Assembly (NCBI RefSeq): GCF_001194135.2
Contig: NC_068991.1
Location: forward strand, 940,127 to 1,004,126
DNA length: 64,000 nucleotides
Source: Octopus bimaculoides
Taxonomy: Eukaryota
Direction of reading: 5' to 3'
Part shown: positions 1 to 13,596 of the stretch, piece after piece
Numbering within the stretch: position 1 is the stretch's first letter
Layout of the letters: every line of letters begins with the position of its first letter
Made by a program: the position numbers and the translations under genes
Notes under the pieces: model-generated
Told to the model about the DNA's origin: nothing
The model's database searches: none
The model's input: only the letters and a program-made list of their open reading frames with translations

Positions 1-248
1 CCCCTGGACTGGCTTGTGCGGGTGGCACATAAAAGACACCATTTCGAGCGTGGCCGTTTTCGTGCGGGTGACACGTAAAAGCACCCACTACACTCTCGGA
101 GTGGTTGGCGTTAGGAAGGGCATCCAGCTGTAGAAACTCTGCCAAATTAGATTGGAGCCTGGTGTTGCCATCCGGTTTCACCAGTCCTCAGTCAAATCGT
201 CCAACCCATGCTAGCATGGAAGGCGGACGTTAAACGATGATGATGATG
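1..248 (+). mobile_element. Interspersed SINE/LINE-tail repeat family ending in ccaacccatgctagcatggaa...(gat)n
   Basis: Related copies at about 1270-1320(-), 37960-38140(-), 38780-39080(+), 42850-43010(+), 49010-49100(-), 49380-49465(+), 55878-55930(+). Confidence 0.75.
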
Positions 249-599
249 ATATATATATATATATATATATAAAACTTACTTGGGAAAGGATGTATGGCGT
301 TCGATCATATTATAATATATAAACATATGCATATATCCATACATATATGTACATACCTACATCTATATGTATACATTCATGCGTATATGGGTACAGGACA
401 TCACAAGAAAAACGTTAAACACAATGAGAAACGAAAACAGAAAACGAACTTTTTTTCGAACAACGAAAAAAAACAAACAGAGAAACAAGACATGCAACAT
501 AAAGAGTATAGCCCTTCGTCCGTTGTCCCTGTTCCATCTACTCCTAGGTTTCGAAGGCAAGGAAAATACGCGACTTTGTCCTGCTTGGCATTCACACCG

Positions 600-1270
600 G
601 AAGCTCCAAAATGAACATCTCAGAGTGTTTGGGTTTCCAATGTGAGGACAGTGCAGAGGATTCAGAAAGAGTCGGATGAAAGAGTAGGTGATTATGAAGG
701 TACGGCAGCTCGGAAAACTCTGATCATTCTGGTAAGAAAAGAACTCCTGAATTTATTGGTGAGACCCAGGCCATGATTGACAACAATCCCTCCAAGTCAA
801 TCAGGGACATGGTAGTGTCTGAGTTTCTTATCCGGCAGGTAGTACATAAAGACATTCAGTATTCCTCATACAAGATGAGAAAGGGCCAATTCTTATCCTA
901 AGCCTTCAAGAACAAGGGGCAAAAACCGTGCTACGAAGCTTTTGAACAAACTCAAGCATCCTCTCCAACCGAACTTGCTTTAGTTTTTCTCAGATGAGAA
1001 AAATTTCTGTCAAGATCAGATGGTGAACACACAGAACAACTGTTGGCTTGCCCTGTCCTCAAACCATGTACTGAGAGCGATAAAAATCAAACATCCAGTC
1101 AGCAGCATGGTGTTCGGAGTGGTCAGTAGTAATGGCGATGTTATGCCTCCATTCATCTTCCCACACGGCCTCAGACTCAACACGGAGGCCTACATCAAGT
1201 GCTGCCCTTGGTCAAGAGGGTGGCTGCTGAAACACCCTATGTTTGGCAACAGGATTCTGTGCCATGCCAT
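600..1270 (+). mobile_element. Degenerate Tc1/mariner-superfamily transposase fragment
   Basis: LLNKLKHPLQPNLL*FFSDEKNFCQDQMVNTQNN...MVFGVVSSNGDVMPPFIFPHGLRLNTEAYIKC: first catalytic D in FSDEK; stops and frameshifts. Confidence 0.8.
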
Positions 1271-2339
1271 CATCATCATCATCCTTAAACATCTGTACTC
1301 CATGCTGGCATGGGTTGGATAGTTTGGACCAGCACTGGCAAGCAGAAGAGCTGCTGCAAGGATGGTTGTGTTTGTCTACACATACAAATTTATTCCCCCA
1401 TACGGTGACGATGACGATGTTGTAGCCGTTCTTTATCAACTGTGGTTATTCTTGGTTTGAAAGTGTAGACACATGTGTTTCTGCTCAATATAAGATGCAG
1501 TGTTGTATTTAATATCATTAATGCCGAGATAAGATTACAGTTTAGGAACAGAGCCACAGATCTACAGGAATATCAACAATGGCCAAGTGGTCCTGCTCGT
1601 AAAATTAACCAGCTGAAGACAGCTATATATAAAAAAACAAAAACNNNNNNNNNNNNNNNNNNNNNNNNNNNNNNNNNNNNNNNNNNNNNNNNNNNNNNNN
1701 NNNNNNNNNNNNNNNNNNNNNNNNNNNNNNNNNNNNNNNNNNNNNNNNNNNNNNNNNNNNNNNNNNNNNNNNNNNNNNNCCACCACCATCATCATCATAA
1801 TCTCCATCAACATCATTATCACAACTGTTCAGTCTTTAAACAGTTTTTAATAGCTCAGACAGGCTGACACTTTCTTGATATAATGTCTAACTAAAATTGG
1901 ATCCGGAGAAGACGGCCGCCCGCTGCTGCTGCTGCTGCTGCCGTTCCATTAAATGATGCTGCCGTGTGATGAGATATTTGGTTTCTCTTCTTCTTCTCTA
2001 ATAACTTAAGTCCCTAATTAAATGGCAGATTTACTCATGTTGCTAAACTATATCAGTTACAGCTGGTGTTGCTGCTGCTGCTACTACTACTGCTACCAGT
2101 GCCAGTAGCATCAGCAGTATCATCATCATCATCATCATCATCATCAACAGCACCACCACCACCACCACCACTATCACTGCAATGGTTTACATACACATCA
2201 CTATGGCAAAAATGTTGCTTACAGCAATCGTCATCTGAATGCAAGCAATTTCCATATACAGATGATATCGTTTGGTTATGTCGAGTCATCATTGTTATTA
2301 TTATTATTATCATTATTATTATAGTAGCGAAAAATACCT

Positions 2340-2465
2340 TAGGAATGAGAACTCAGGTTCGAAGTTTCCCCAAGACACCTGATGAAGGCTGGAGGGTACA
2401 TCAGCCGAAACGTTATGTTAACAACAAATAAGATGAGGACAAATATCTGTCAAATGTAAATAATG
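2340..2465 (+). mobile_element. Penelope-like element terminal remnant with minimal hammerhead motif
   Basis: gacac CTGATGA a GGCTG-gagggtacat-CAGCC GAAAC GTT atgtt. Confidence 0.6.
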
Positions 2466-3463
2466 TATGTGTGTGTGTGGTTGTTTGAACGTTTACATTC
2501 TGTGTTTCACACTGAGCTACAAATGGCATTCATTGACGACATTCCCTGTGGTGGAGATGGTGGTGGTGGTGGTTACCCCAGTAACTACATCCTGCAATAC
2601 AACAACTCAGAAAAAAAAAGAAATTAAAAAAAAAGCATGTCCATTGTTATTACACAACAACAAAAGAAAGAAAAGGAAACAAGAAAATAAGAACTCTTAA
2701 AGAGCTGCAAGTGCTACAAGAAAATGGTAGTGGCATATTTTTGGCAAGTACTTATTAAGTGAGTTATGTAAATATGTGCATTATTGTACGTTGGCCATTC
2801 AGATTACTGAAATGCCAAATTTTAATAGAATGATTTTCTGTAACAAGCATAAAAAAAAATAACCAATTAGCATGTTGAAAACAAACCAAAACTATCCCCC
2901 CCACTCCCACCCCACTCTTTCTCTCATCCTCAACAATCTCATTCTTGCAAAAAGAAAACAAAACCCCAAAATTGTAAAATATTTTCTTGCAATTGTGGCA
3001 GCCATTATGTAAATTTCTAACTCGTTGACAAGAGAGAGAGAGGGGGGGAGAGAGTGGAAGGTAGGATGATTCTGTAGAATTGTGGAGCATGCGCAGACCA
3101 AAGTAATCTGATGGTGCCAGCTTCTTTGGTAAATCAAAGCAAAAGAATGAATCCTTGTTCTTGGCTCAGCTCCAAGAAATGGTTTTGTTTCATTCAACAC
3201 AATCCACTTGAAATGCTTTGATCAACTGAAGATTTGTGAAATGATGACATTAATTACAGAAATGGAATCGTAGACATGTTGTTGTTGTTGTTGTTAGTGG
3301 TGGTGTTATTTAGTTGCAGCTGAACAAAATTAAGATCAGAGATATTCCAACAGTGACCATCCCATCTTTTTCCAATATGTCGTGAACCCAAATACATACC
3401 TTTTTAAGAGAAACTTGGCTGTTATTTCTAGCATATCGTTTGACCATATGGACTCTCGTTGGG

Positions 3464-3551
<88 letters not shown>

Positions 3552-4499
3552 CTGTCTTTTTCTATAGCTGTAGCTGTGTATATATATTTTTTAAACTATA
3601 TGGTACACTGTATTCTTCCTGTTTTTATGTTTTCATTTTATTTTAAATATGATAAATTTCTTTGTACATCCTTCCCTGAAGATATTCTCACTTGTAGTAA
3701 TTAATCAAATTAATTTAGTTAAATTAAATTAAATTCGGTTAATTTTTAAGCTGTAAATGATGAACTGAAACAATTGTAGGTCTGGTCTTGTCAATGTTAA
3801 TAAATTCCCCACACAACCACAATGACGTTTCTAAATTGAAAAAGCTCTTCATTATTTCCGTTTAATGTACTGCTTTCCTTGCCAGGTTCTGTTTCTGTTG
3901 AATTTTCTCCTTGAAACATTTAGAAGTATATTTCGTGTGTGTGAATAAGTGTGAGTGAGTGTGAATGAGTGTTAGTCAACCATAGCCTTCCTAAATAAAC
4001 ATTCGCAAACAGAAATGTAGACCTTTATGTAATCTTTATTACTGTTCTCAACTGACAACGTCACTACCGCCACCACCAACGACGAGAACAACCAAGAGGG
4101 AACTTCCATGAAACTGCAGTCAAATCTTTCTTAAATAACATTCTACGACTTCTACAATGGAGACATTGGATTATGTAATCTTAGATGCACTATGTCTGAA
4201 AAGACAGGATGGCCAAAGTTGGAAAGCCTGTGAACACAGGTCTTATGGATCAAGGCACAACTGAGAGGAAGGACACACATGATGGTGAGGAAATCTTAGG
4301 GTAAAATATGGCAACCAGATCTTTGTCAATGTTAGATTTCCTGAAGACGACACTGAATGAAAGTAAATTGAAAAACCAAAATGTGAAAAAGAAACCACGA
4401 AATGTCTACTTAAGGGTGGGCAGCCAGAGATCTGGTTTTTGGCGGACAGTCTAGCTTTTAAAATACTCCGTCCTACGTCCGATCCGTGCTATGTTTCAT

Positions 4500-4570
4500 T
4501 TGGACCAATCACAGAGAAGTAACATGGTAACCATCACAACCAATCCTCGTCTCATGTTACGAGGAAACAA
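4500..4570. promoter_or_regulatory. Promoter-like cluster: two CCAAT boxes and two RFX X-box-like motifs
   Basis: CCAAT at 4505 and 4540; AGTAACATGGTAAC (4518-4531) and GTTACGAGGAAAC (4556-4568); CpG-containing unique flank. Confidence 0.4.
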
Positions 4571-4899
4571 GACAATTGTTATGAGACATTTGTAATTTAC
4601 ACCACCTAAAACGTATTTCTGTAAAATTTTATTTCTCAACCTTCTTCCAGTCATTAAATTGTGGCCATTCTTTCTTGGACAGCGTATTGAAGGCTAAATC
4701 GATCTCAGTACTTCGGATCTTTCAAAAAAAAAAAAAAAAAAAAAAAACTAGTACTTATTGGTCTCCTCGTCCGAACTGTTACGTTGCAGGAATATGAATA
4801 TAAATGAACCGACACCAGTTGTTAAGTCGTGAAAAGATACAAACATGAACACAAAGATACACACATACTCACGAAAACACATGCTTACATATGATTGAC

Positions 4900-5215
4900 A
4901 CTCCGTCGGTTACGACGACGAGGGTTCCAGTTGAATCGATCAACGGAACGGCCTGCTCATGAATCAACATGCAAGTATTCCACAGGCACGTGTACCCTTA
5001 ATGTTGTTCTCAGGAAGATTCAGCCTGACACAGAATTTGACAAGGCTGACCCTTTGAATTACAGGTGCAACTCACTTTTGCCAGCTGAGTGAACTGGAGC
5101 AACGAGAAATAAAATGATTTACTGAAGGACACAACGCGCTGCCGGGAATCGAACCGACGGCCTTACAATCACGAGCCAGATACCCTCATCAACTAAACTA
5201 CGCACCCTCACACAC
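4900..5215 (-). mobile_element. tRNA-derived SINE
   Basis: Minus head with B box GGTTCGATTCCC and gttgtgtcctt...gctccagttcactcagctg body; homologous copy at 12385-12640(-). Confidence 0.75.
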
Positions 5216-5389
5216 ACACACACACACACACACACGATATGTGTATGTTTCCATCGACCAAATTCACTCTCAATGCATTGGTCAATCCAGGGTTATTATT
5301 AAACATAACTTTTAAGGGTTTATATATTCGTTTCGCTTTCTAGTTTTGCATTTTTCTTGATTGTTTTGGTTTCATTATTCCTCTCTCAG

Positions 5390-5636
5390 ATCCATGGCAT
5401 CTGCAACCAAAGATTGCCTGTTAGATTCGATTGAGAGAAGACAACGAGACTCCGCTAACTTTCACAGAAGCTTAGAGTTTAAGAAGATTTACTTCCGGAA
5501 TCAACAATCTTCGATTTGCGTAGAAAAACAGCTCCATGACCTTGAGGAATATAATCAAAATAGAAACAATATATCGATCTTCTGTGCAGCAGCGAAATAT
5601 TCTAACGTGAAATTGGGTCAGGTTTTGAATAGTTAA
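5390..5636 (+). CDS. Candidate exon / short ORF of unknown product (MASATKDCLLDSIERRQ..., 80 aa)
   Basis: Polypyrimidine tract and acceptor ctctctcag|ATCCATGG with a good Kozak context; non-repetitive open frame. No family recognised. Confidence 0.35.
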
Positions 5637-5911
5637 AATATAAAACTGAAAATACTAATAAAAAAAAGAGGCAACTGTGACGCTTGCATTGAACAGTCAC
5701 AACTGTTCATGTTTTTTGGGACTCTCGAGACATCATTTCGTTGCAACATATAATTTCTGTCAGTAATTTGGGGTCTAAATGTAAAAAAAAAAATAAATAA
5801 AAAATCGATATTCTTTGCAACTCTAAAACAGAAACGATCCATTATTATTTGACAAATGCGAAAGAACCTCGTCATTTGGATGTGTATCTTTATTAATATT
5901 TAACAGAAGCA

Positions 5912-5949
<38 letters not shown>

Positions 5950-6494
5950 AAATGGGACAAGAATGCAAAACATGAAGACAGTTAGGTGATACAAGAAAGG
6001 GACAACAAAACATTCAGATAGATGATACAAAGAAAACAAGGACGGGTCATTCGGAGTTTTCTTTCCTCAGTCAAGTTCAAGAAGTTCCTTTCCTCAGTCA
6101 ACTCGAAATTGCTCCAATCTGGCCAGCCCCAAGTAAAAACTAAGCATTAGATTCCTTGGAAGAAAGCAGCGAATGTATAAGAAAACAAGGACGGAAAAAA
6201 TTACACAAATACAAATAACAGGACATAACAACAGGTGTTTTTCAACTAAGGACATATATATATATATATATANNNNNNNNNNNNNNNNNNNNNNNNNNNN
6301 NNNNNNNNNNNNNNNNNNNNNNNNNNNNNNNNNNNNNNNNNNNTTTATAAGCACACACACACTCAATAACATTGTTAATAAGAGCACTCAGAGAGCGCAA
6401 ACCTCCGCGAAGGCAACACCAACGTCCTCTCAACGATTAGCCAGAGAGGATTTTAAATTGAGAATATCTCGTAATACTTCATGTAAAGTAAAGT

Positions 6495-6702
6495 AAATAT
6501 AACAAATAACCCAGGATCCTTGTCCGGTACCGGATAGATCCCATAATCTAATCAGTTCATGCCAGTCACGAGGCCAAATATCCCTGAAAGTTTCATTCGA
6601 ATCCATCAAGCGGTCTTTGAGATATCTTGTCCACAGAGATATCTTGTCCAACAAACAAACACGACTGAAAACAATACCTCCGCCTTAGCGAAGGCGGAGG
6701 TA
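6495..6702 (+). mobile_element. Non-autonomous Helentron-associated (HINE-like) element
   Basis: ggatcc...aatctaatcagttc...gtttcat...caaacaaac...gaaaacaatacctcc motif order; perfect 12-bp hairpin TACCTCCGCCTT-AGCG-AAGGCGGAGGTA at 6675-6702. Confidence 0.6.
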
Positions 6703-7578
6703 AAAAAAAAAACAATAAATCTAAGGTGAATTACAGACCAACAACCAATGGGAAAATCTTACTGACTTCTAAACCAACTTAAATTAACAGAAACTAATTG
6801 TTTCAATTAAACTGAAATACACGCTTCTGTCTCCGAAACTGTCAGACGAGTCTGAAGTGATCGTATATAAAGCTGAAGTTATTTCCACCAAACCGTAAGT
6901 TACGTAAATATTAAGTAGGTATGTTGGAAGGTAAATTTAAACAAAGATACGTCAACCTTTCTTCCGCCTTCAGAAATATAGATAAGAAAAATACAGCAAA
7001 AATGATCAAATTACGTCTTTAGTTTGAAAGAACATGCTTCTGCTTATCAGCACAACGGGGGACAACCGAAAGAAATGCAAACCATACAGAGAACAAAGAG
7101 CTGCAGCCAAAAAATGCTTAAGTAAATCTGCAAACTAATCTAAATATCAGATTTAAAATTATCGTCACTAAATGTCGCCACTTCAGCGAATACCTCTTGA
7201 TATACTTGAAGGAATCAGCTGAGTCTTATTCTATGTCTCCACCAAATGGCCTTTCTGATCTCATTGCAATACATACCTCGTGACTTCCAAATCTGTATTT
7301 CCTACAACAAAATGGCTCAATAACTCATCCTTCATTTTCAACATTGATATTCTATTTATCTATCTATCTGATAGTGAAAGAGAGGAGGGATGTATCCGAT
7401 AGATAGATTGAGATAGAGAGAGATAGAGAGATAGAGAGAGTGAGAGAGAGAGGAAGGTAGGTAGGTAGGTAAGTAGGTAGATAGATAGATAGATAGATGT
7501 ATGTGTGTAAATTTTTAGTCTATTGTATGAAGTAGTATAAATATGTTTGTGTAAATACCTATACGTGTATATATAGAT

Positions 7579-7626
<48 letters not shown>

Positions 7627-8438
7627 ATTCAAAACCTTTAAGTTTGTTGCATTTACGTACATTTCGGAATAAACATGTGTAACCACAAAAATACACATCC
7701 TTTTATTTATATACACATCTATCTGCACATTTATACACACACAATATAACCCTAACCCACTCCCTCACACAGACACATGAAACGATACCCAGAGATGTAG
7801 TTTAATGTCTGCCTCTTGACAACTCAGCTTCGTATATCACAGCGCTAGAGACGAATAATGTTTTGCGTAATATATACACACACTAAACTTGAAAGGCAGC
7901 AGATGATGAGTTTGTTTAACATCAAAATTAGAGACTATTTTCTTGCCTTTACACTGAATTCCATGGCATTTAATGTCTTTTACCTTGAATTGAGAATCAT
8001 TGATTTTTTAAAATATAAGCTGGCAAAATGGCTGGGCAAATTGCTTAGCGGCATTTCGTATGTCTTTATGTTCTGAGTTCAAATTCCGCCAAGGGTTACT
8101 TTGCCTTTCATGCTTTCTGGGTCGATAAAAGAAGTACCAGTTGAACACTGTTGTATAGAAGTTGGAGTCTTGAAGTTTACAACTTTCATAATCTATTCTC
8201 AGTTTCACTCTTGGCTGTTTACGACAATTATAAACAGCCAAGGACGAAACTCAGAGAGTAGACTTTCAACTTTTCATAAAATAAATATCTCTCATTCAAT
8301 CAAACGACCGTATTGAATTCTATGCAATAATATATGCACGGCATAAGAAAACATTTTCATATATTTTACAGCTGTCACNNNNNNNNNNNNNNNNNNNNNN
8401 NNNNNNNNNNNNNNNNNNNNNNNNNNNNNNNNNNNNNN

Positions 8439-8471
<33 letters not shown>

Positions 8472-11400
8472 GCACGCACGCACGCACGCACACGCATACA
8501 CACACACACACACACTGGGGATGTACCCTGCCCAGTAAGTAATTCGATTTAAAACTGTGTCGAAAGTAAAGCAATAACAATTTGGAAGACTCATGTTAAG
8601 CCATTCAAAAATATACAAAAAATGTTAGCTTCACTTCTATATTTCATTGTTTGTTATGTGGTGTCGAAATTTTCGTCTCTTCAAACTGTGACCCGGTCAC
8701 AAAATTTATACACACATATTACGTGTGTGTGTGTATCAGGTAAGTTCCTCCCACACAAAACCCCTTGAGCTTCCCCGGTAACAATGGACAAATGTCCATT
8801 CCCAGATTTCGCCAAAGACCAACAGATACATATTTAAAGCAAGACTTTCAACCAAGTCATTTCACTCAGGTCATCACTCAACCGCCTTTCCTGAAATATT
8901 TTCGGAGCAGTGAGTCGCACTCCACCCTTTACTCCACCTTCCCTCTTCCAGCTGCAGTTTAAAATATCTGAGAGGGGTTAGGAGGTCAGAGGTGTGGATG
9001 GTTAGGCCAGAGTGCAAAATCCCCTGACGTTAGCCCTCCTCAACCTCGTCTCCCACAGTTCTTCTTTCGCGCCAGCCGCCCATCAGAAGGAAGCTGCCTG
9101 CCTTTCCCTCACAAGAAAAGGGCAATCCTCATGAATGGATGCGGTTAATTGCTGGATCGGTTCCACATCCGTTAACAACTGTTCGACATGATTACAAAAG
9201 CAAGCAACAAACAGGCGCCAAACGAGTGTCAGGAGGACGATCATTTCGCCCTCTGCGTCCCTCGGATAGGTCCAGCTGATTTACGCTGCTGGGTCTGTAC
9301 AGTTTATCTGGGAGAGGCCCAGCTCACAGCAGTGCTCTACCCGTATAGTTTATCTCGTACCAACAAAGGACCCCTGTAGCACTGCCTGGTCAAGGGTTTT
9401 CCACAAGTTGTCCGAAGAGATCAGCTGATCTATCTTCATCAACACACAGGGTATAGACCCACGTAAGCGCGTGGTCAAACATTTGTTAACCACAGAGGGT
9501 TGAAAGAAATCGGAAGCCAAAGTGGAACTCGGTATAAAAGCAACAACAACAGCAACAACAACAACCCCTTTTATTGACCTCAGTGGTCCAATGCTTTGGG
9601 AACAATAAAAAGAAGAAATACTAAAGAGAACGATAAACAAGACATAGCGGCGGCGGCAGGGGCGGGGGTGGGGGGATAAGGATTTCGGAGTAAAAGAGTG
9701 AGATCAAAATATAGACACAATTATAAATTGATAATATTCAGCAAAATTAATAATAAACAAGAACTAATTAATAAGAAAAAGTTATCACCCAGATGCGTTG
9801 GAAAAACCACACAGGGTTGGTTCAGGGCAGCCTAAATGCAACCGGAAATTGTCCCGATCCGCCAAAAGCCTGACCCCAGTTCTTGTCCCCATCCAACAGT
9901 TCCATCTGATCCATTTAACTAGTTTCAGCATTGGTGCCAACTTTCGTAAAACTTTACTGACAGGCAGCACCTCCTCTCCACCCCCCCCCATCTCTCGAAG
10001 TGATATTTGACAAAATTGGTGAAGTAAACTGAGAAAATAGCCTTAGTTCTCAAACCTTTCGACCCTGTCTCAGACTCTTTCATCGGTTGGAGGAAAACTA
10101 GAAACGTTCTTTCATGTCCAGTGTTTAAAAACCAGTGTTTATAATTTCGCGATAGACACGGCTAACAGCCAGATCCGACCCGCAAATGATAACAGCTGTT
10201 TGACATAAACAGTCGTAATGCACAAACACTGAACGTCCATGTGTCGGACAGTTCCGGCATGCTGCTCTGGTGGTGCCAAATAAAGGTTTTCAAAAGTTGA
10301 ATTTCTTAAAAACCGGAGCTAAAAACGAGAGGTTGAAGCTGATGGAAATACTAAAATCTTAAATATAAAACTATGTTTGTTCCAATCACTTACCAAATGT
10401 AAATATTTATAAACGTTTTTATAAATATCGTCCAAATTTGAGCAGATGTGGTTTAAAATAGCAGCATTCTTTCGTTATTGGTACATGAAATTATAAGAAA
10501 TCAATGGCAATTTTTTTTTACGAATCTTAGCTTCGAGTCGTGTTTTTCTTACGGGAATAAACAATAAATACACAATGCATACACAGCACAAAACATATTT
10601 TAATCGTTATATGAGTAATAGAAATTGAGGTACTCGTAATTTTAACATAATGATTTATAATATAAACAAACTTGTAGAAATATCGCATCTAGAAAGCTCG
10701 CTCAGAGATAGGGCACTCAAACATTTATTGTTCACGAAAATCTTGCGAAATTTTTCAAGTTCCTAGCATTGGTAAGAATGTTGATTTAGCAGCTGACAAT
10801 GTCCCCTCAATTTTATTTCATAAAACACTTCAATTATCAACAAACCCTGGCTTTATGCCAACCCCCCCCCCCTACTCACCGTTTCAAATTATGAAACACC
10901 GATAGTGATAGTGATATTAGAATATGGAACCAACTTCTCTTAGAGAAACGAAAATTCTTCCATGTCAGATACAGTTTGACAAAATAAAATTGGTACCTTA
11001 AAAAAGTGAAACTGGTACTAAGAACATTCTAAACAACGTCCAGGTACCAACTGGGCCTTGATTACGTAAATCCTGAACAGATTAAAAACCAGCTGTGAAC
11101 ACGTTCGCATACATTTCGTTGTCTTTTATGAATGAAAAAATATACAGCAAAACAGGGACAGATTATCAAAAGGGGAACTAAATTAAGTGTTAGGAGAGAG
11201 ATTACCAGAAACTGATGCTAAATTTATAAAACAAAAGGTGGGGAGGGGATATAGCTAAAAACAAAAAACAAAAAAGAGCTGGATTGATTACACTGACATG
11301 TGTACATCTCAGACAAGTTTGGTTGTTGGCGGCTTCAACACGACTAAACTCACTTCTCCTGTAACACACTGACAGAACTTTTGGAAGTTACCCCCAATCT

Positions 11401-11772
11401 TCTGAAAGTCCCCCAGAAAAGATTACTTAAGCTGTCCTAGTCTATACCTACCCATCATCACTTTTATCCTTTATTAACATTCTTTAGAATGTGAAGGTTG
11501 ATTTTCCCGTCGACTGTATGATCAAGCTGGTAGAATAACAATGATAATACTTTCTTAGCTTAGCACAAGACCTGCGGTTTATGAGGGGAGGGGCAAGTTG
11601 ATTACATCGACTCCTGTGTTCATCTTATTCTATCGATCCCAAAATATGAAAAACAAATTTAACTTTCGCAGAATTTGAACTCGGGGTGTAAAGAAGCCGT
11701 AAAAATTCCGTTGAGCATTTTGTCCGACACACTAACGATCCGCCAATCCCCACCCCCACACCACCACCGAAC

Positions 11773-12045
11773 GACCAGGCCAACATATTGAAAAACGGCA
11801 GCTTCCCAACATGTCGTGTATGTCAACAACAAAATGAAACCATTGATCATGTTGTCTCCATGTGCAGTCTTCTTGCACCTACAGAGTATCTCAACAGGTA
11901 TGATAGAGCTGTACAATATATGCACTGGGTAACTTGCAAAAACCTGGACCTGCCTCATGATAAAAAAAACTGGTGGGAACACAAACCACCTCCAGTGCTT
12001 GAAAATGATCACATCTCAGTCCTCTGGAACTTTATCAACTCAAAT
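11773..12045 (+). mobile_element. R4/Dong-clade fragment (CCHC and start of restriction-like endonuclease)
   Basis: CRVCQQQNETIDHVVSMCSLLAPTEYLNRYDRAVQYMHW...WWEHKPPPVLENDHISVLWNF; DNA near-identical to 30405-30495. Confidence 0.85.
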
Positions 12046-13285
12046 ACTTGACTGACACTTTATTCTGTTATTTACAGGAAGAATGAAAAGCAAAAGCAGT
12101 CCCGTTGCGATTTGAACCGAGAACGTTCGAGGACTGAAAGTTAATGCTGCAAGGCATTTTGTTGGAATGTTTAACAATTCTATCAAATAATAATTATCAT
12201 CCTAAGAAAAGCTAAATTAGCTCGGGTGGGATTCGAACCCAAAACGCCAAATTTAAAGGGCAATGATACTGAGTGTTTACTTGAGCAACTGCTACACGGG
12301 GAAATATTTCACGTCATAATTCTGATCATAATATAGTTATGACTTGAAGAGTTGGCCAGAAGATGATGGTAACCTCTTTCACATTTTGGGCGTCTGGTCC
12401 TCCGTCGGTTACGGCGACGAGTATTCCAGTTGATCTGAGCACTCCACAGACACACGTATCACAGGCAGATTCAGCGAGACATAGAATATGACAAAGCTGG
12501 CCCATTGAATTACAGGTATAACTTATTTTTGCTAGTTGAGTGGACTGAAACAATATGAAATAAAGTGTCTTGTTGAAGTACACAATGCGCCGCCGAGAAT
12601 CGAACTCACGACCTCACGACCGTCAACCGAATACTCCTAACTTCTGCGTTTGCTAGCAGAAATAGGTGGGCGGTCGGCAAAACAATAAAGGGTTTGAGTA
12701 TTGAGTCGGGTCTTTCGAAATCCTGAGTTCAAATTGCGCCGTGGTTAGCTGTAGAATTCATCCTTGGGCGAATAAAAAAAAAAAAATATATATATATATA
12801 TAGACAACTTAAATATTGAGGTCCATCGAAACAACTGCTCCCTTCTCCCCAAATTTGAGGCCGTGTGTTTATATGAAACATCAATATTGAGCGACATTTC
12901 TGGACGTTCTGAGATCAAATCTCGACGTGGCTCGACTTTACCAGCCATCCTTTCTTCAGTTGATACAATAAGTACCAGTAATATGCTAGGTTACATTTCA
13001 AATGACAATTACTTGTCGCCTCATGCTACATCCCTCCCCGCTCAAACAGCACAACAGAAATTTCCAGCCGTGTACCATAATTAGAAAGATTTCTCCAGAG
13101 AAGAAATGATATCAGATGATATCATAAAATAATGGCTCCATAGATTGCAACTGGTGAAATGATAACGATACATGTTAACACTGTGTGCGTGCATGTGTGT
13201 ATGTGTGTGTGCATGTATAAGTGTGTGAAGATGTGTGTGTGTGTGTGTATACCTGCATATATATATATATATATATGTATGTTAG

Positions 13286-13329
<44 letters not shown>

Positions 13330-13554
13330 CACATATGTATATATCCATGATGTCACACACATGCACACAACTTAAATCTCCAAATTTCACATATATGCGT
13401 GCATCACTCACTCACTCATTCACTTTCTCTCTCCCTCTCCCTATATATATATTACATTATGGTATATAGGTATATATAATGTTATATAATATATATATGC
13501 TAAATTATATATATATATATATATGTTAAATGATAAATGTATATACATACATGC

Positions 13555-13596
<42 letters not shown>

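Noticed and set aside
12205-12260. tRNA-like gggtgggattcgaaccc segment
   Set aside because: Only a B-box remnant of a SINE; no cloverleaf can be formed.
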